Source: Anaerohalosphaeraceae bacterium
GTDB lineage: Bacteria; Planctomycetota; Phycisphaerae; Sedimentisphaerales; Anaerohalosphaeraceae
Reading direction: 5' to 3'
Assembly: GCA_963675525.2 (NCBI GenBank)
Contig: CAXXSL010000011.1
Location: forward strand, 32,001 to 96,000
DNA length: 64,000 nt
Both the position numbers and the translations under genes were made by a program. Positions 10,964 through 22,915 of the stretch are shown one piece after another; position 1 is the first letter of the stretch; each line of letters begins with the position of its first letter. The notes under the pieces are model-generated. The model had not been told where the DNA came from, ran no database searches, and saw only the letters and a list, made by a program, of their open reading frames with translations.

Positions 10964-10990
10964 TGTCATTCCCGTGAAGACAGGAATCCA
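10964..10990. repeat. Short palindromic REP/dRS3-like element (GTCATTCCC...GGAATCCA)
   Basis: tgtcattcccgtgaagacaggaatcca; related copies at 62761-62842. Confidence 0.7.
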
Positions 10991-11037
10991 GCGTTACCGC
11001 CATTGCTTGCATCATAGCCGCTCCCTCACTGCTGGCA

Positions 11038-13299
<2,262 letters not shown>

Positions 13300-13459
13300 T
13301 TAATCCTTAGAACACATTTCCTAATGCGGGTGTTCATACGATGTGCTATCAGGCGTGCATCCTACTGTTTGGCGGGAAAATGTCAATGGAAATCGGAATT
13401 ATCTGCGTTTTTGGCGATTAAATGAGGCTTCTTGTGGGATTTTGGGGTGTATTCCTGAT

Positions 13460-14000
13460 CCCAAACGTGTCCAAAACTGCGCCAACATGCGCCCAAACGG
13501 CGCCATTTTGTGCCAGTAATGCGCCAAAGTTTGCCATTTCTTGCCACGAATTAACACCCATTGACACGAAATTAATATTAAGAACTTATGAACTCGAGAA
13601 CATAAGAACTTGAGAATGTGGCTGTCCCCTGCGCTGGCGCTTCGGGCTTTTGTGGGGGGTCGCTCTCGTATTTACTTGTCAGCTTCCAGCTCTCGGCTTT
13701 CAGCGGGCGGTTTTTCCGCCGACGAAATCATTATCGCATAAATTAGATGAATGTCAAACATTTTTTGATTTTTGACGAGATTTAGAGGATTTTTTTTGAC
13801 AGGATTAACGGGATTTAACAGGATTTTTTTGCTCTACGAGGGGCCTCATCGTTGATTCTTAAAGGATATTCGACCCTTTCAGGGTCGGGGGGTTGGGGGG
13901 ATGCTACGGACCCCGCATTTCGCTTGGCTCATACGGGGCTATTGTTGTTCAACCGCGATGCGGTTTTTTTAAACGGCCGGCAGGATGCCGGCGTTACGGT
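13460..14000. repeat. Cluster of short repeat relics from several REP-like palindrome and low-complexity repeat types
   Basis: TGCGCCAA-like units (13460-13540), AGAACT octamer run (13579-13616), cccctgcgctggcgcttcgggct (~13627), acaggatt repeats (~13798-13826), cgaccctttcagggtcg (~13871), gccggcaggatgccggc (~13976). Confidence 0.65.
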
Positions 14001-14184
14001 GGGAGAAATTCCGCCCTCCGTTATGTTCACAACTCTTATGCCCTTCACACAGAGATGTCCAGAATTTCTCATATGGCATGATATCTTCATGGCTTGCACG
14101 CCAGCGTGCATCGATGCCATCCCATCCATTCCCCTGAAAAATTTGCCCACAGACAGGACATTGACGCGGCAGTTTCTTTGGCAT
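13969..14184 (-). CDS. Small putative zinc-binding hypothetical protein
   Basis: CPVC...GNGWDGID..W...H..IMPY pattern resembles small conserved hypotheticals (from recall); the C-terminus runs into a REP. Confidence 0.55.
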   Translation of the reverse strand: MPKKLPRQCPVCGQIFQGNGWDGIDARWRASHEDIMPYEKFWTSLCEGHKSCEHNGGRNFSHRNAGILPAV

Positions 14185-14356
14185 AGCTTTTTGGCAGCAC
14201 AGACAGTCTGTGCAATTGGCCTTTTCCTTTTTTGACTGTTTCTGATGAAATTAATGGACCAGAGCCTTTAGTTTCACTCTCGTCTTCCTGTTTTGTGGAT
14301 TTTGGTTCTTTTTCGCTCTTATTTTTTTTTTGTAATATCAGTTAGGATTTTGTCTT

Positions 14357-15433
14357 CTACTGCCGTATTTTCAGGAGCCGCTCTTTGTAATCAGTTATTA
14401 GAAATTCACTAAATATATTAACAACTCCAACAACCCTTTTTTCTTGTTGTAAAATCGAGTATAAACTGAATCTGTTTTCCTTATCGCGCAATACATCATA
14501 AATGTACTTATATAGATTTAAGTTGCCGCTATATCTACTTTGTTGAAATCCGACAAAAAATTTCTTTATTTTTTCACTATACTTGAAAATATCGCCTTCT
14601 TCTATTGTTGCCGTAATGAAATCTTTCGATGCTTTCATTATGTCATTGACAAAACTACAATCCATTAAAGTAGGATAATCCCTTTCCATTTCATCCTCTA
14701 AATCCCTGTCAAAAAGAGATTGGCCTGAAAAATGCTGAAAAAATATAATACGATATTTTTGTTTGCAACATGCCAACATACGAGGATCTGGTTCCGAAAG
14801 AGATTGGTAAGCTTTTTTAATTCGTAGAAATAATTCTTCTGAGATTTCTCGGCTTAACAAAATTTCGGAAAGATTTTCCACGTCCTCTGGCACTTCGACC
14901 AATCTTTCAACTAACGCCCTTGTTTCTTCTATTTTTAAATCACTATATAACCGCGTCATATTTTTCTTAATATTTCCGTCAAGATTCCTTACCTCATCTC
15001 TTATTTTTAAATGTCTATCAAAAACTGCTTTACTTTCTTCTTCTATATCCTTCACATTTTTAACTTGTCTTGATATATATATACCAAGACTAATAGCCAA
15101 AAGACCAACTACTATCCCTACCACTGTAAGCAATATCCCATAAAATGATAAAGCATGAGAGGCACCTGATATACTGGTATTAACGCTATTTATTGCTTTG
15201 TCGTTACATTGGATTTGGTAGTCAAATTTCTTGTCAAACTCTTCTCTTGTCTGATGCATGTTATCCGTCAAGTCGGCTACTTCTTTTTGAAGATTGACGT
15301 ATTTTTCTGATTGAGCACTTATGTCCTTTTGCATTTGTGCAATTTGTAGTTGCGACAAAGTGGCCTGATTGGGATCAGTGGCATAAACAATTGCGGTAAA
15401 AATAAATAGTCCAAGTACAATAAACTTTTTCAT
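14357..15433 (-). CDS. AT-rich hypothetical membrane protein (signal peptide, coiled coil, TM segment, soluble domain)
   Basis: 358 aa ORF, GGGAG RBS, composition visibly more AT-rich than its neighbours. Confidence 0.8.
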   Translation of the reverse strand: MKKFIVLGLFIFTAIVYATDPNQATLSQLQIAQMQKDISAQSEKYVNLQKEVADLTDNMHQTREEFDKKFDYQIQCNDKAINSVNTSISGASHALSFYGILLTVVGIVVGLLAISLGIYISRQVKNVKDIEEESKAVFDRHLKIRDEVRNLDGNIKKNMTRLYSDLKIEETRALVERLVEVPEDVENLSEILLSREISEELFLRIKKAYQSLSEPDPRMLACCKQKYRIIFFQHFSGQSLFDRDLEDEMERDYPTLMDCSFVNDIMKASKDFITATIEEGDIFKYSEKIKKFFVGFQQSRYSGNLNLYKYIYDVLRDKENRFSLYSILQQEKRVVGVVNIFSEFLITDYKERLLKIRQ

Positions 15434-15564
15434 TAATTTTCTCCCTTTTCATATCATCTACCCTGATTAATGTGTATTTGCTGGTAACATTATACCGGAT
15501 AAAGAAGTCCGTGAAAAGGGCTTTTTCTCTCTATTGCTTTTGAAAGAAACAATTAGATTTCTGC

Positions 15565-15873
15565 GTGGGCATAGCCCACCCTGCGTTTTATGGGTTCGGA
15601 ACATGCACGGCCATTATACTGCCCTTACAGGGCGATCCATCTGATGACCCTCTTCCTACCCAGGGCGTTGCCCTGGGCTAAATTGCACTGCACCTTCGGT
15701 GCGAAAGGATCGGGCGACGCTGGAAATATGCGTTAATTGTTGGGCGGGATGCGTAATACTCATCGGGCGACTTACGTCGCCGCGCTTTTAGTGCCATCGT
15801 GTCACTGCCGTTCCACGCTTTTGCTGGGCGGGGGTGCGCGGCCCCATCGGGCGGCTTGCGCCGCCTCGCTTTT
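15565..15873. repeat. Second cluster of REP-like palindromes
   Basis: gtgggcatagcccac (~15565); gcccttacagggcg and cccagggcgttgccctggg (15621-15677); gcaccttcggtgc; ~50 bp direct repeat 15740-15789 / 15825-15873. Confidence 0.72.
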
Positions 15874-16028
15874 GTTGCTGGCTGGAAACGGGACATAAAA
15901 TGTCTTTGTTGTGGGTTATATGGGAGGATTCTTTTGACATCGGAGGGGTTGGGGGGTATGCTATTGCGTTTTATCGGGATGTCGCGGGCGTCCCGTGGGC
16001 TTTTGTGATGGATTACGGAAATATCGGC

Positions 16029-17087
16029 TTGAGGCAGGATACTTATCGACAGATTGTTTCGGGAAACGACCGGCGTGTCGCGGCCGGGGTGTTGCGCGTC
16101 CTTCTCCGTCCGGCGGGTCTGTTGTACGGGCTAATTATCTCCGTTCGCAACCGGCTGTATGACCTCGGCATTTTAAAATCGCATTCGGTTGAGGTTCCGG
16201 TCATCTGCGTGGGGAATCTGACCGCCGGCGGGACGGGCAAAACCCCCCTTGTCATCTGGCTGTGCAACTATCTGACGTCGAAGGGCATCCACTGTGCGAT
16301 TCTAACACGCGGCTATAAAACCAACGTCCGGCGAATGACGGATGAACCGGCGCTTTTGGCCAAGGCATGCGGGGATGTGCCGGTCATCGTCAACTCGGAC
16401 CGTGTGGCGGGCGCTCGAAAAGCGATTGAAAAGTATCGCGCACAAATCCTCATCATGGACGACGGGTTCCAGCATCGACGGTTGCGGCGGGAACTGGACA
16501 TTGTTACCGTCGACGCGACGTGTCCGTTCGGCTATGGACGTATCCTGCCGGCGGGGTTATTGCGGGAATCGCCGCGAGGGTTGAAACGTGCGGCGGCGGC
16601 TGTCATTACCCGCAGCGACCAGGTCCGGCCGGAAGAGCTGCGAGCCATCGAAACGAAAATCCGGGACATTGCGCCCGATTTGCCCATCGCTAAAACCGTT
16701 CATCAGCTAAAACATGCCGTGACGGTGAAAAATGAAGAAATTCCCCTGGACGCACTGGCCGGAAAACCCGTGTATGCCTTTTGCGGTATCGGCAATCCGG
16801 AGGCGTTCTTTTTGAGCCTCAAGCAGAGCGGGCTGGAGGTTGTCGGGACGATGATATTTGACGACCATCACGCCTATACGCAGGACGACATGCGCCGGGT
16901 TTTTGAGCAGGCCGATGCGTGCGGGGCCAAGGTTATCCTGTGTACGCAGAAGGATTGGGGCAAAAGCGCCCTGCTGGCCCCGAAATCCGGTCTTGTTTTT
17001 GCAACGCTGGCGATGGAACTGGACTTTGTCGAGGAATTTGATAGAATTACCGAACAGTTGATTGAAATATTAAAAATCAAAGATTAA
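16029..17087 (+). CDS. lpxK: Tetraacyldisaccharide 4'-kinase
   Basis: VGNLTAGGTGKTP, TRGY, DEP, DDGFQH, GLLRE, CGIGNP, FDDHH, TQKD; start uncertain (TTG 16029 or ATG 16008); the upstream extension in the ORF track runs through REP DNA. Confidence 0.93.
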   Translation: MRQDTYRQIVSGNDRRVAAGVLRVLLRPAGLLYGLIISVRNRLYDLGILKSHSVEVPVICVGNLTAGGTGKTPLVIWLCNYLTSKGIHCAILTRGYKTNVRRMTDEPALLAKACGDVPVIVNSDRVAGARKAIEKYRAQILIMDDGFQHRRLRRELDIVTVDATCPFGYGRILPAGLLRESPRGLKRAAAAVITRSDQVRPEELRAIETKIRDIAPDLPIAKTVHQLKHAVTVKNEEIPLDALAGKPVYAFCGIGNPEAFFLSLKQSGLEVVGTMIFDDHHAYTQDDMRRVFEQADACGAKVILCTQKDWGKSALLAPKSGLVFATLAMELDFVEEFDRITEQLIEILKIKD

Positions 17088-17158
17088 ATATCAAAATAGA
17101 GGAATCGCCTTCGGCGATGGCCCTTAAAATAGATCTCTCGGCTACGCTCGGGATGACA
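17069..17158 (+). repeat. Dispersed ~52 bp repeat, copy 2, followed by a second small palindrome (agatctctcggctacgctcgggatgaca)
   Basis: Aligns with the reverse complement of 2370-2423; overlaps the lpxK stop codon. Confidence 0.72.
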
Positions 17159-17207
17159 TGGTGTGATTATTTGATTATTGTACCGCAACTATTCTGAAAG
17201 ATGTGAG

Positions 17208-18710
17208 ATGAGTTATACGAAATTATTGAAAGCCGTTACCCATCTCGGGGCACCAACGGTGCTTTTGGTGGGTGACTTCATGCTGGACAGCTATGTTTAC
17301 GGCGATGCGCTGCGTATCAGCCCGGAGGCCCCGGTTCAGGTGCTGAAAGTCGTCGAGCGCCAACACGCCGGAGGCGGTGCGTCTTCGGTTGCCGCCGACA
17401 TCACTACGCTGGGCGCTCAATGCCTGTGTGTCGGTGTGACCGGCAAAGATGCCAATGGGAAACTACTGCGAAACATCCTGCAGAGCATCGGAGCCGAGAT
17501 CGACGGGCTGCTGGAAACCCAGGACCGTCCGACGATCACCAAAGAGCGTATTATCGGTTTGGCGCAGCATCGACATCGTCAGCAGTTGCTGCGTGTGGAC
17601 GAAGAATGCACCGACCCGCTTTCCGAGCAGGACGCTCAGCGACTGCTTGCGACCTATCAAAAATCACTGACCGTCTGCGACATCGTCTGCCTGCAGGATT
17701 ACAACAAGGGCGTCCTGACAGGCGCGTTTTGTCAGACATTGATCACACTGGCAAAAAAGGCCGGCAAAAAAGTATTAGTGGACCCGCCGATGGACCGTGA
17801 TTATGCCAAGTTCAGCGGTGCAACGCTGATCACGCCGAACCGCAAAGAAACCTCACACGCCGTCGGCTTTGAGGTACTGACCATCGCCGATGCAGAGAAA
17901 GCTTCGCAAATCCTGCGTGACAAACTGCAGCTGGACACCGTCGTCATTACGCTGGATAAGGAAGGGGCTTTTCTGCGAACGGCCAACCTGGCAAAACAGG
18001 TGCCGACAATGCCGCGAAATGTGTACGATGTGACCGGTGCCGGGGACATGATGCTGGCCATGCTGGCCGTGGCGATGGCCGCCGACTGCGACGAAGAGAC
18101 CAGCCTTCAGCTCGCCAACATCGCCAGCGGCATTGAAGTCGAGAAATTTGGCGTGGCCACTGTCAGCGTCGATGAGATCGTCAATGAGATCATTTCGACG
18201 CATAAGGGCAAGGCCGGAAAGATACTCCCTGCCGATGAGCTGGTCAAACATCTGGAATACCACCGTCAGCAGAAAGATACGATCGTCTTTACAAACGGCT
18301 GCTTTGATGTACTGCACCGCGGTCATATTGAGTATTTACAATTCTGTAAACAGCAGGGAGATGTCGTTGTTGTCGGTCTCAACAGCGACCGTTCAGTTCG
18401 ACAACTCAAAGGACCCCAACGCCCGATCAATAACCAGCATGACCGCTGTGCTGTTTTGGCGGCATTGGAGAGCGTCGATTATATTTGCGTTTTCGATGAA
18501 CCGGACCCATTGGCCCTGATCGAACAGGTTTGTCCCGATGTGCTGGTCAAAGGCGCCGACTGGGCCGATAAAGGCGTAATCGGCCGAGAGTTTGTGGAAG
18601 CCCGCGGCGGACGTGTTAAGCTGGCCCCGCTGGTCGATGGAAAAAGCTCAACAGGCACAATTGAAAAAATGAAGAACCTAAGCGGCCAATCTGAGCAAAA
18701 GGAATACTAA
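17208..18710 (+). CDS. hldE: Bifunctional heptose 7-phosphate kinase / heptose 1-phosphate adenylyltransferase
   Basis: RISPEAPV, DYNKG, TPNRKE, DVTGAGD; FTNGCFDVLHRGH, GLNSD, VKGADW. Confidence 0.96.
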   Translation: MSYTKLLKAVTHLGAPTVLLVGDFMLDSYVYGDALRISPEAPVQVLKVVERQHAGGGASSVAADITTLGAQCLCVGVTGKDANGKLLRNILQSIGAEIDGLLETQDRPTITKERIIGLAQHRHRQQLLRVDEECTDPLSEQDAQRLLATYQKSLTVCDIVCLQDYNKGVLTGAFCQTLITLAKKAGKKVLVDPPMDRDYAKFSGATLITPNRKETSHAVGFEVLTIADAEKASQILRDKLQLDTVVITLDKEGAFLRTANLAKQVPTMPRNVYDVTGAGDMMLAMLAVAMAADCDEETSLQLANIASGIEVEKFGVATVSVDEIVNEIISTHKGKAGKILPADELVKHLEYHRQQKDTIVFTNGCFDVLHRGHIEYLQFCKQQGDVVVVGLNSDRSVRQLKGPQRPINNQHDRCAVLAALESVDYICVFDEPDPLALIEQVCPDVLVKGADWADKGVIGREFVEARGGRVKLAPLVDGKSSTGTIEKMKNLSGQSEQKEY

Positions 18711-19816
18711 TGGGCCAAAAAGCAATATTTCTTGATCGCGACGATACATTAATAGATGATCCGGGCTATATTAAGGATCCCGCCCAGATCAAACTGCTCC
18801 CCGGGGCCGCGGATGCGGTCATCCATCTCAAAAAGATGGGGTATCTGGTTATTATTATCACCAATCAGTCGGCCATCGCCCGTGGCTATATCACGGAAAA
18901 ACAACTCGAAGAAATCCATCGAAAACTGAAAAGCCTTCTTTCCGCCGTAGGTGCCGTGATTGACGGCATTTATTATTGCCCTTATCATCCGGACGGCACC
19001 GTGTCAGGATTCGATCAGGAAAGCCATCTTCGCAAACCCAATCCGGGAATGCTGCTGAAAGCTGCAGAGGAACTCGGGATCGACCTGGAACAATCCTGGA
19101 TGGTCGGCGACACCTATCGGGATATTCAAGCCGGCAAGGCCGCCGGTTGTCATACGATTCTGGTCGATGTCCCGGGCAAGACCCGCGAACTGGACACGGC
19201 CACTCCTCAGCCGGATCGAAAAGCCGTCAATCTGCGTGAAGTCGTCAATATTATCCGGATGTATGAATTTCATCAGAAGGCACAGGCCGCAAAAAAGAAT
19301 CTGGCTGAAACATCACAAGAGCCTGTATCGGAAAAAGACGTCACCTCTGTTTCCTATACCAACAATAAACTGCCCGATGCAATAGACGAGGCGGAAAAAA
19401 AAACAATACCGACGCCGGAAAAGATAACCGCGGCGATCATTGAAAGCCTACCGCAGCCGTCGTCTACTCCGCAAGAGATATCAGCAAAGCCGCCGATCAA
19501 GATCCACTCAACTAAGCCGCCTTCAAAAAACGAGGCCGTTGAACCGGATGAACACACCGACAAAACGCATCACTTGCTGCAGGAAGTTCTGCACCATCTG
19601 ACGTCTTCAAAACGAAGCGAACTCTATGAGGATTTTTCCGCTTTTAAATTGTTAGCCGGAATGGCACAGGTCATTGCACTGTTCTGTATTATTTTCAGCC
19701 TGTGGTTTTGGCTGAACCCCAAGGTAGGGTATGACGCGGTGCAGGTGATGATCGGCTATGCGATCGCCCTGCAGCTTCTGGTGATTGCATTGGTCATGAT
19801 GCATAAACGGGATTGA
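18710..19816 (+). CDS. gmhB: D-glycero-D-manno-heptose-1,7-bisphosphate phosphatase with a long linker and two C-terminal TM helices
   Basis: FLDRDDT, TNQS, CPYHP, RKPNPGM, MVGD HAD-IIIA motifs; located in the heptose operon. Confidence 0.88.
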   Translation: MGQKAIFLDRDDTLIDDPGYIKDPAQIKLLPGAADAVIHLKKMGYLVIIITNQSAIARGYITEKQLEEIHRKLKSLLSAVGAVIDGIYYCPYHPDGTVSGFDQESHLRKPNPGMLLKAAEELGIDLEQSWMVGDTYRDIQAGKAAGCHTILVDVPGKTRELDTATPQPDRKAVNLREVVNIIRMYEFHQKAQAAKKNLAETSQEPVSEKDVTSVSYTNNKLPDAIDEAEKKTIPTPEKITAAIIESLPQPSSTPQEISAKPPIKIHSTKPPSKNEAVEPDEHTDKTHHLLQEVLHHLTSSKRSELYEDFSAFKLLAGMAQVIALFCIIFSLWFWLNPKVGYDAVQVMIGYAIALQLLVIALVMMHKRD

Positions 19817-19841
19817 TCCTCATCCGGGAGATTGGTTTATC

Positions 19842-20867
19842 GTGAAACCCCAAAAACTACTAATCTGGCTGCCGTCCCCATTGGGCGACGCGATCATGGC
19901 CACGCCGGCTCTGCGAGCGTTCCGTTCGCATTTTAACGAGGCGCATATTACTTTTTTAACTTCGGAATTTACCCGCCAGATACTGTCACCTTCGCCGTTC
20001 TGCGATGACTGGATCACCCAGCCGAAAGGTTTTTACCAAACCGTTCAAAGACTCAGGCCGCACCGGTTCGATGCGGCGGTCTTGTTAAAAAACTCATTCA
20101 GCTCTGCACTGACGGTTCGGCTGGCGGCAATCGCCCAGCGCATCGGCTATGCGCGCGACGGGCGGTCGTTTTTACTGACAGAAAGTATCTCCCCACTGCG
20201 AACCGAAACAGGTAATTATAAACCCGCACCCATGACGGACTATTATTTAAAGATCGCCGAACATCTGGGCGCCCCTGTCGAAAGTCAAAAACCGCAACTG
20301 TCCGTCACCAAAGAATCGGTTCAGGCCGTAACGGAAAAACTACCGGACATTATAAATACTAAGGGGCCGCTCATCATTCTCGTTCCGGGCGGGGCCTTCG
20401 GGCCGAGTAAACTCTGGATGAATGAACGATACGCCAAACTGGCCGACAAGCTGCACCAAATGTATCAGGCCACGATCGTACTTTCCGTTGCTCCGATCAA
20501 AGAAGAAATTCAGATTGCCGAAGAGATCTGCGAGCAAGCCGAATCGAATGTAATACATCTGGGAAAAACAGGGCTGTCCGGCGGCGAATTGAAAGCTTTG
20601 TTCAGTCTGGCGAATCTGGTCATCACGAATGATACCGGCCCTCGGCACATTGCCATCGCGCTGGATAAACATACCATTAGTCTTTTCGGCCCGAACAACC
20701 CGCAATGGACGCAGACCGGGCACGACAAGGAGATCCAGATCGTCGGCAAAGCTCCCTGTGTGCCCTGCGATAAACCCCAATGCCGACAAAACCAACATCT
20801 CTGCATGGAATCGATTGCCGTCGAAGATGTGTTACAAGCCGCCAAACAATTCCTGGAGGTGAAATAA
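19842..20867 (+). CDS. waaF: LPS heptosyltransferase II (GT9)
   Basis: LGDAIMATPAL, NSFSSAL, PGGAFGPSKLW, NDTGPRHIA, FGP. Confidence 0.9.
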   Translation: MKPQKLLIWLPSPLGDAIMATPALRAFRSHFNEAHITFLTSEFTRQILSPSPFCDDWITQPKGFYQTVQRLRPHRFDAAVLLKNSFSSALTVRLAAIAQRIGYARDGRSFLLTESISPLRTETGNYKPAPMTDYYLKIAEHLGAPVESQKPQLSVTKESVQAVTEKLPDIINTKGPLIILVPGGAFGPSKLWMNERYAKLADKLHQMYQATIVLSVAPIKEEIQIAEEICEQAESNVIHLGKTGLSGGELKALFSLANLVITNDTGPRHIAIALDKHTISLFGPNNPQWTQTGHDKEIQIVGKAPCVPCDKPQCRQNQHLCMESIAVEDVLQAAKQFLEVK

Positions 20868-20868
20868 C

Positions 20869-21726
20869 ATGACGACAAGCCTGATAGAATCTTCGCCTGG
20901 ATTTTATATTGATAAAGACTGCCGAAATCTCCTGTCACAAATGGGGCTGGATTCCGTCGAGGCCGTATTTGCCTTTGAGCAGGGCCAAAACCTCATCAAG
21001 TCCAACCTGGCCCCGTGGCGGCATCGTATTCGTTTCCAACTGCCAAACGGCCAATATGCCTACTTGAAACGCTATGACCATCCGCCTAAAAGTGTCCAGC
21101 TAAAAGCATGGACCCAGCACGGGCAGCGCTGCTTCCTGAGCGATTACGATAAGGGTCCCTTGGATATTTCGCAGGCCGATGTTTCAATTCCGAAAACCAT
21201 TGCCTGCGGCGGACAATGGCAGGGTTTCTTTGAAAAGCAAAGTTTTATTATCACACTTGAACTGGAAAATGCCCGCTCGCTCGAAAAGAGGTTGCCGGAG
21301 TGTTTTTATTCTAACACCCCCGATTCTTACAAGGACCGAAAAGAATTTATCCGAAAACTCGCCGATTTCATCCGGCGGTTTCACGCAACCGGTTATCGTC
21401 ACCGCGACCTTTATCTGGCCCACATTTTTTTGTCCGACAACGGGACTTTGTCACTGATCGACCTGCACCGATGTTTTCGTCCCAAATATCTCAAATCTCG
21501 CTATCAAATCAAGGATCTGGCTCAACTGCATTATTCCTGCCCGGGCCAAACGATCTCGGTTGCAGACAGAATTGGCTTTTACCGCTGTTATGCCGGCGTC
21601 AAACGGTTGACCGCCGCTGATAAAGCCTGCATACAAAAAATCCATGCCAAGGCCCTGCGCATTGCCCGGCACGACCGAAAGCACGGCCGGGATGTTCCAT
21701 TTGAAATAAAAAGCAGAGAAGGTTAG
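20869..21726 (+). CDS. LPS core kinase (WaaP/Kdo kinase family)
   Basis: YLKRY, HRDLYLAHI, LIDLHR, KDLAQL. Confidence 0.88.
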   Translation: MTTSLIESSPGFYIDKDCRNLLSQMGLDSVEAVFAFEQGQNLIKSNLAPWRHRIRFQLPNGQYAYLKRYDHPPKSVQLKAWTQHGQRCFLSDYDKGPLDISQADVSIPKTIACGGQWQGFFEKQSFIITLELENARSLEKRLPECFYSNTPDSYKDRKEFIRKLADFIRRFHATGYRHRDLYLAHIFLSDNGTLSLIDLHRCFRPKYLKSRYQIKDLAQLHYSCPGQTISVADRIGFYRCYAGVKRLTAADKACIQKIHAKALRIARHDRKHGRDVPFEIKSREG

Positions 21727-21736
21727 AATACGAATC

Positions 21737-22915
21737 ATGCTGAAAGTTGCCATCATCATTGAACGAGCAGAGATCGGCCTGGGCGGCGCCGAGCGATCGG
21801 TGTCCGAACTGACCGCTGAACTGCGGCGGCAAGGCGTTGACGCAACGATCCTGGCCGCCAAGGGAACAGCTTCTGAAAACACGATGATTCTCTGCCAGGA
21901 CTATGCGGGCAAGCGAGTGCCCCTGAAGGTTTTCGAGAATGTGCTGCGAGTGCATCTTGAAAACAATGCGTATGATATCGTCCACAGCACCCTGCCATTA
22001 ACAATTGCCGACATTTACCAACCCCGCGGCGGCAGTTACAAAGAGGCCGTGCTTCAAAACATCGCCTCTTACGACTGCCCTTGCGAGCGGCTACTCAAAC
22101 GATGCACGCACCGGCTCAACCTGAAACGGACGCAGTATTTAAACGCCGAACAAAAACTCTGTGCCACCGGCAATCACGTCATCGTCGCGGCCTTGAGCAA
22201 CACTGTCAAAGAGGCATTTCAAAAACATTACCATCTGCCGGATGACCGGATTGCGGTGATTCCCAACGGCATCAATACCCAAATGCAGCCGGATGAAAAA
22301 ACCACCGGAGAAATACGGACGAATATTCTGAACTCGATTACAGTCCCGGAAGATAAAACACCGGTATTCTTTTTATTCGCCGCCAATAACCCGCGACTGA
22401 AAGGCTTACGAAAACTACTGCAGGCTTTTGAAGATATCACATTTAATGCTTATGTTCATCCGATACTCATTGTCGTTGGCAGTAAAGGTCTGGGGCCTTA
22501 TGAAGATTTATCAAAGAATCTTTTGTTAAAAGACCATGTTATTTCGCTTGGCAGTCAAGCTAACATCTGTAACATTCTTTCTATTTGTGATGTCTCAGTT
22601 CTCCCAACATATTATGACCCATGTTCACGTTTTATCCTTGAATCATTGGCAATGAGCAAACCCGTTATAACAACATCCTGCAACGGGGCTGCCGAGCGAT
22701 TTGTGAATAAACTGCACGGCATAACAATTAAAGAACCAGATTACCCGCTTTTAATGGACGCCCTTTCATATTTCTGTGACCTCAAAAATATTGAACTTGC
22801 AAGCAAGGCAATCCTCGATGATAATCTCAAGGAAGATGTTTCGATTACTAAACACGTAAAGACATTAATTGGACTATACGACAAAATCATAACCCAAAAA
22901 GGAAGTGTTAAATAA
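21737..22915 (+). CDS. GT4 glycosyltransferase (WaaG-like)
   Basis: GGAER, IPNGI, LKGL, PTYYDPCS, LESLAMSKPVITT. Confidence 0.9.
   Translation: MLKVAIIIERAEIGLGGAERSVSELTAELRRQGVDATILAAKGTASENTMILCQDYAGKRVPLKVFENVLRVHLENNAYDIVHSTLPLTIADIYQPRGGSYKEAVLQNIASYDCPCERLLKRCTHRLNLKRTQYLNAEQKLCATGNHVIVAALSNTVKEAFQKHYHLPDDRIAVIPNGINTQMQPDEKTTGEIRTNILNSITVPEDKTPVFFLFAANNPRLKGLRKLLQAFEDITFNAYVHPILIVVGSKGLGPYEDLSKNLLLKDHVISLGSQANICNILSICDVSVLPTYYDPCSRFILESLAMSKPVITTSCNGAAERFVNKLHGITIKEPDYPLLMDALSYFCDLKNIELASKAILDDNLKEDVSITKHVKTLIGLYDKIITQKGSVK

Noticed and set aside
13460..13620. CRISPR array
   Set aside because: Units are 8-11 bp and degenerate with no unique spacers; no cas genes
13400..15900. Integron cassette array or IS element
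   Set aside because: No integrase or transposase, and I could not find convincing attC R''/R' boxes or terminal inverted repeats
15834..16028. N-terminal extension of LpxK given by the ORF track
   Set aside because: Runs through REP and promoter DNA and shows no LpxK-like sequence
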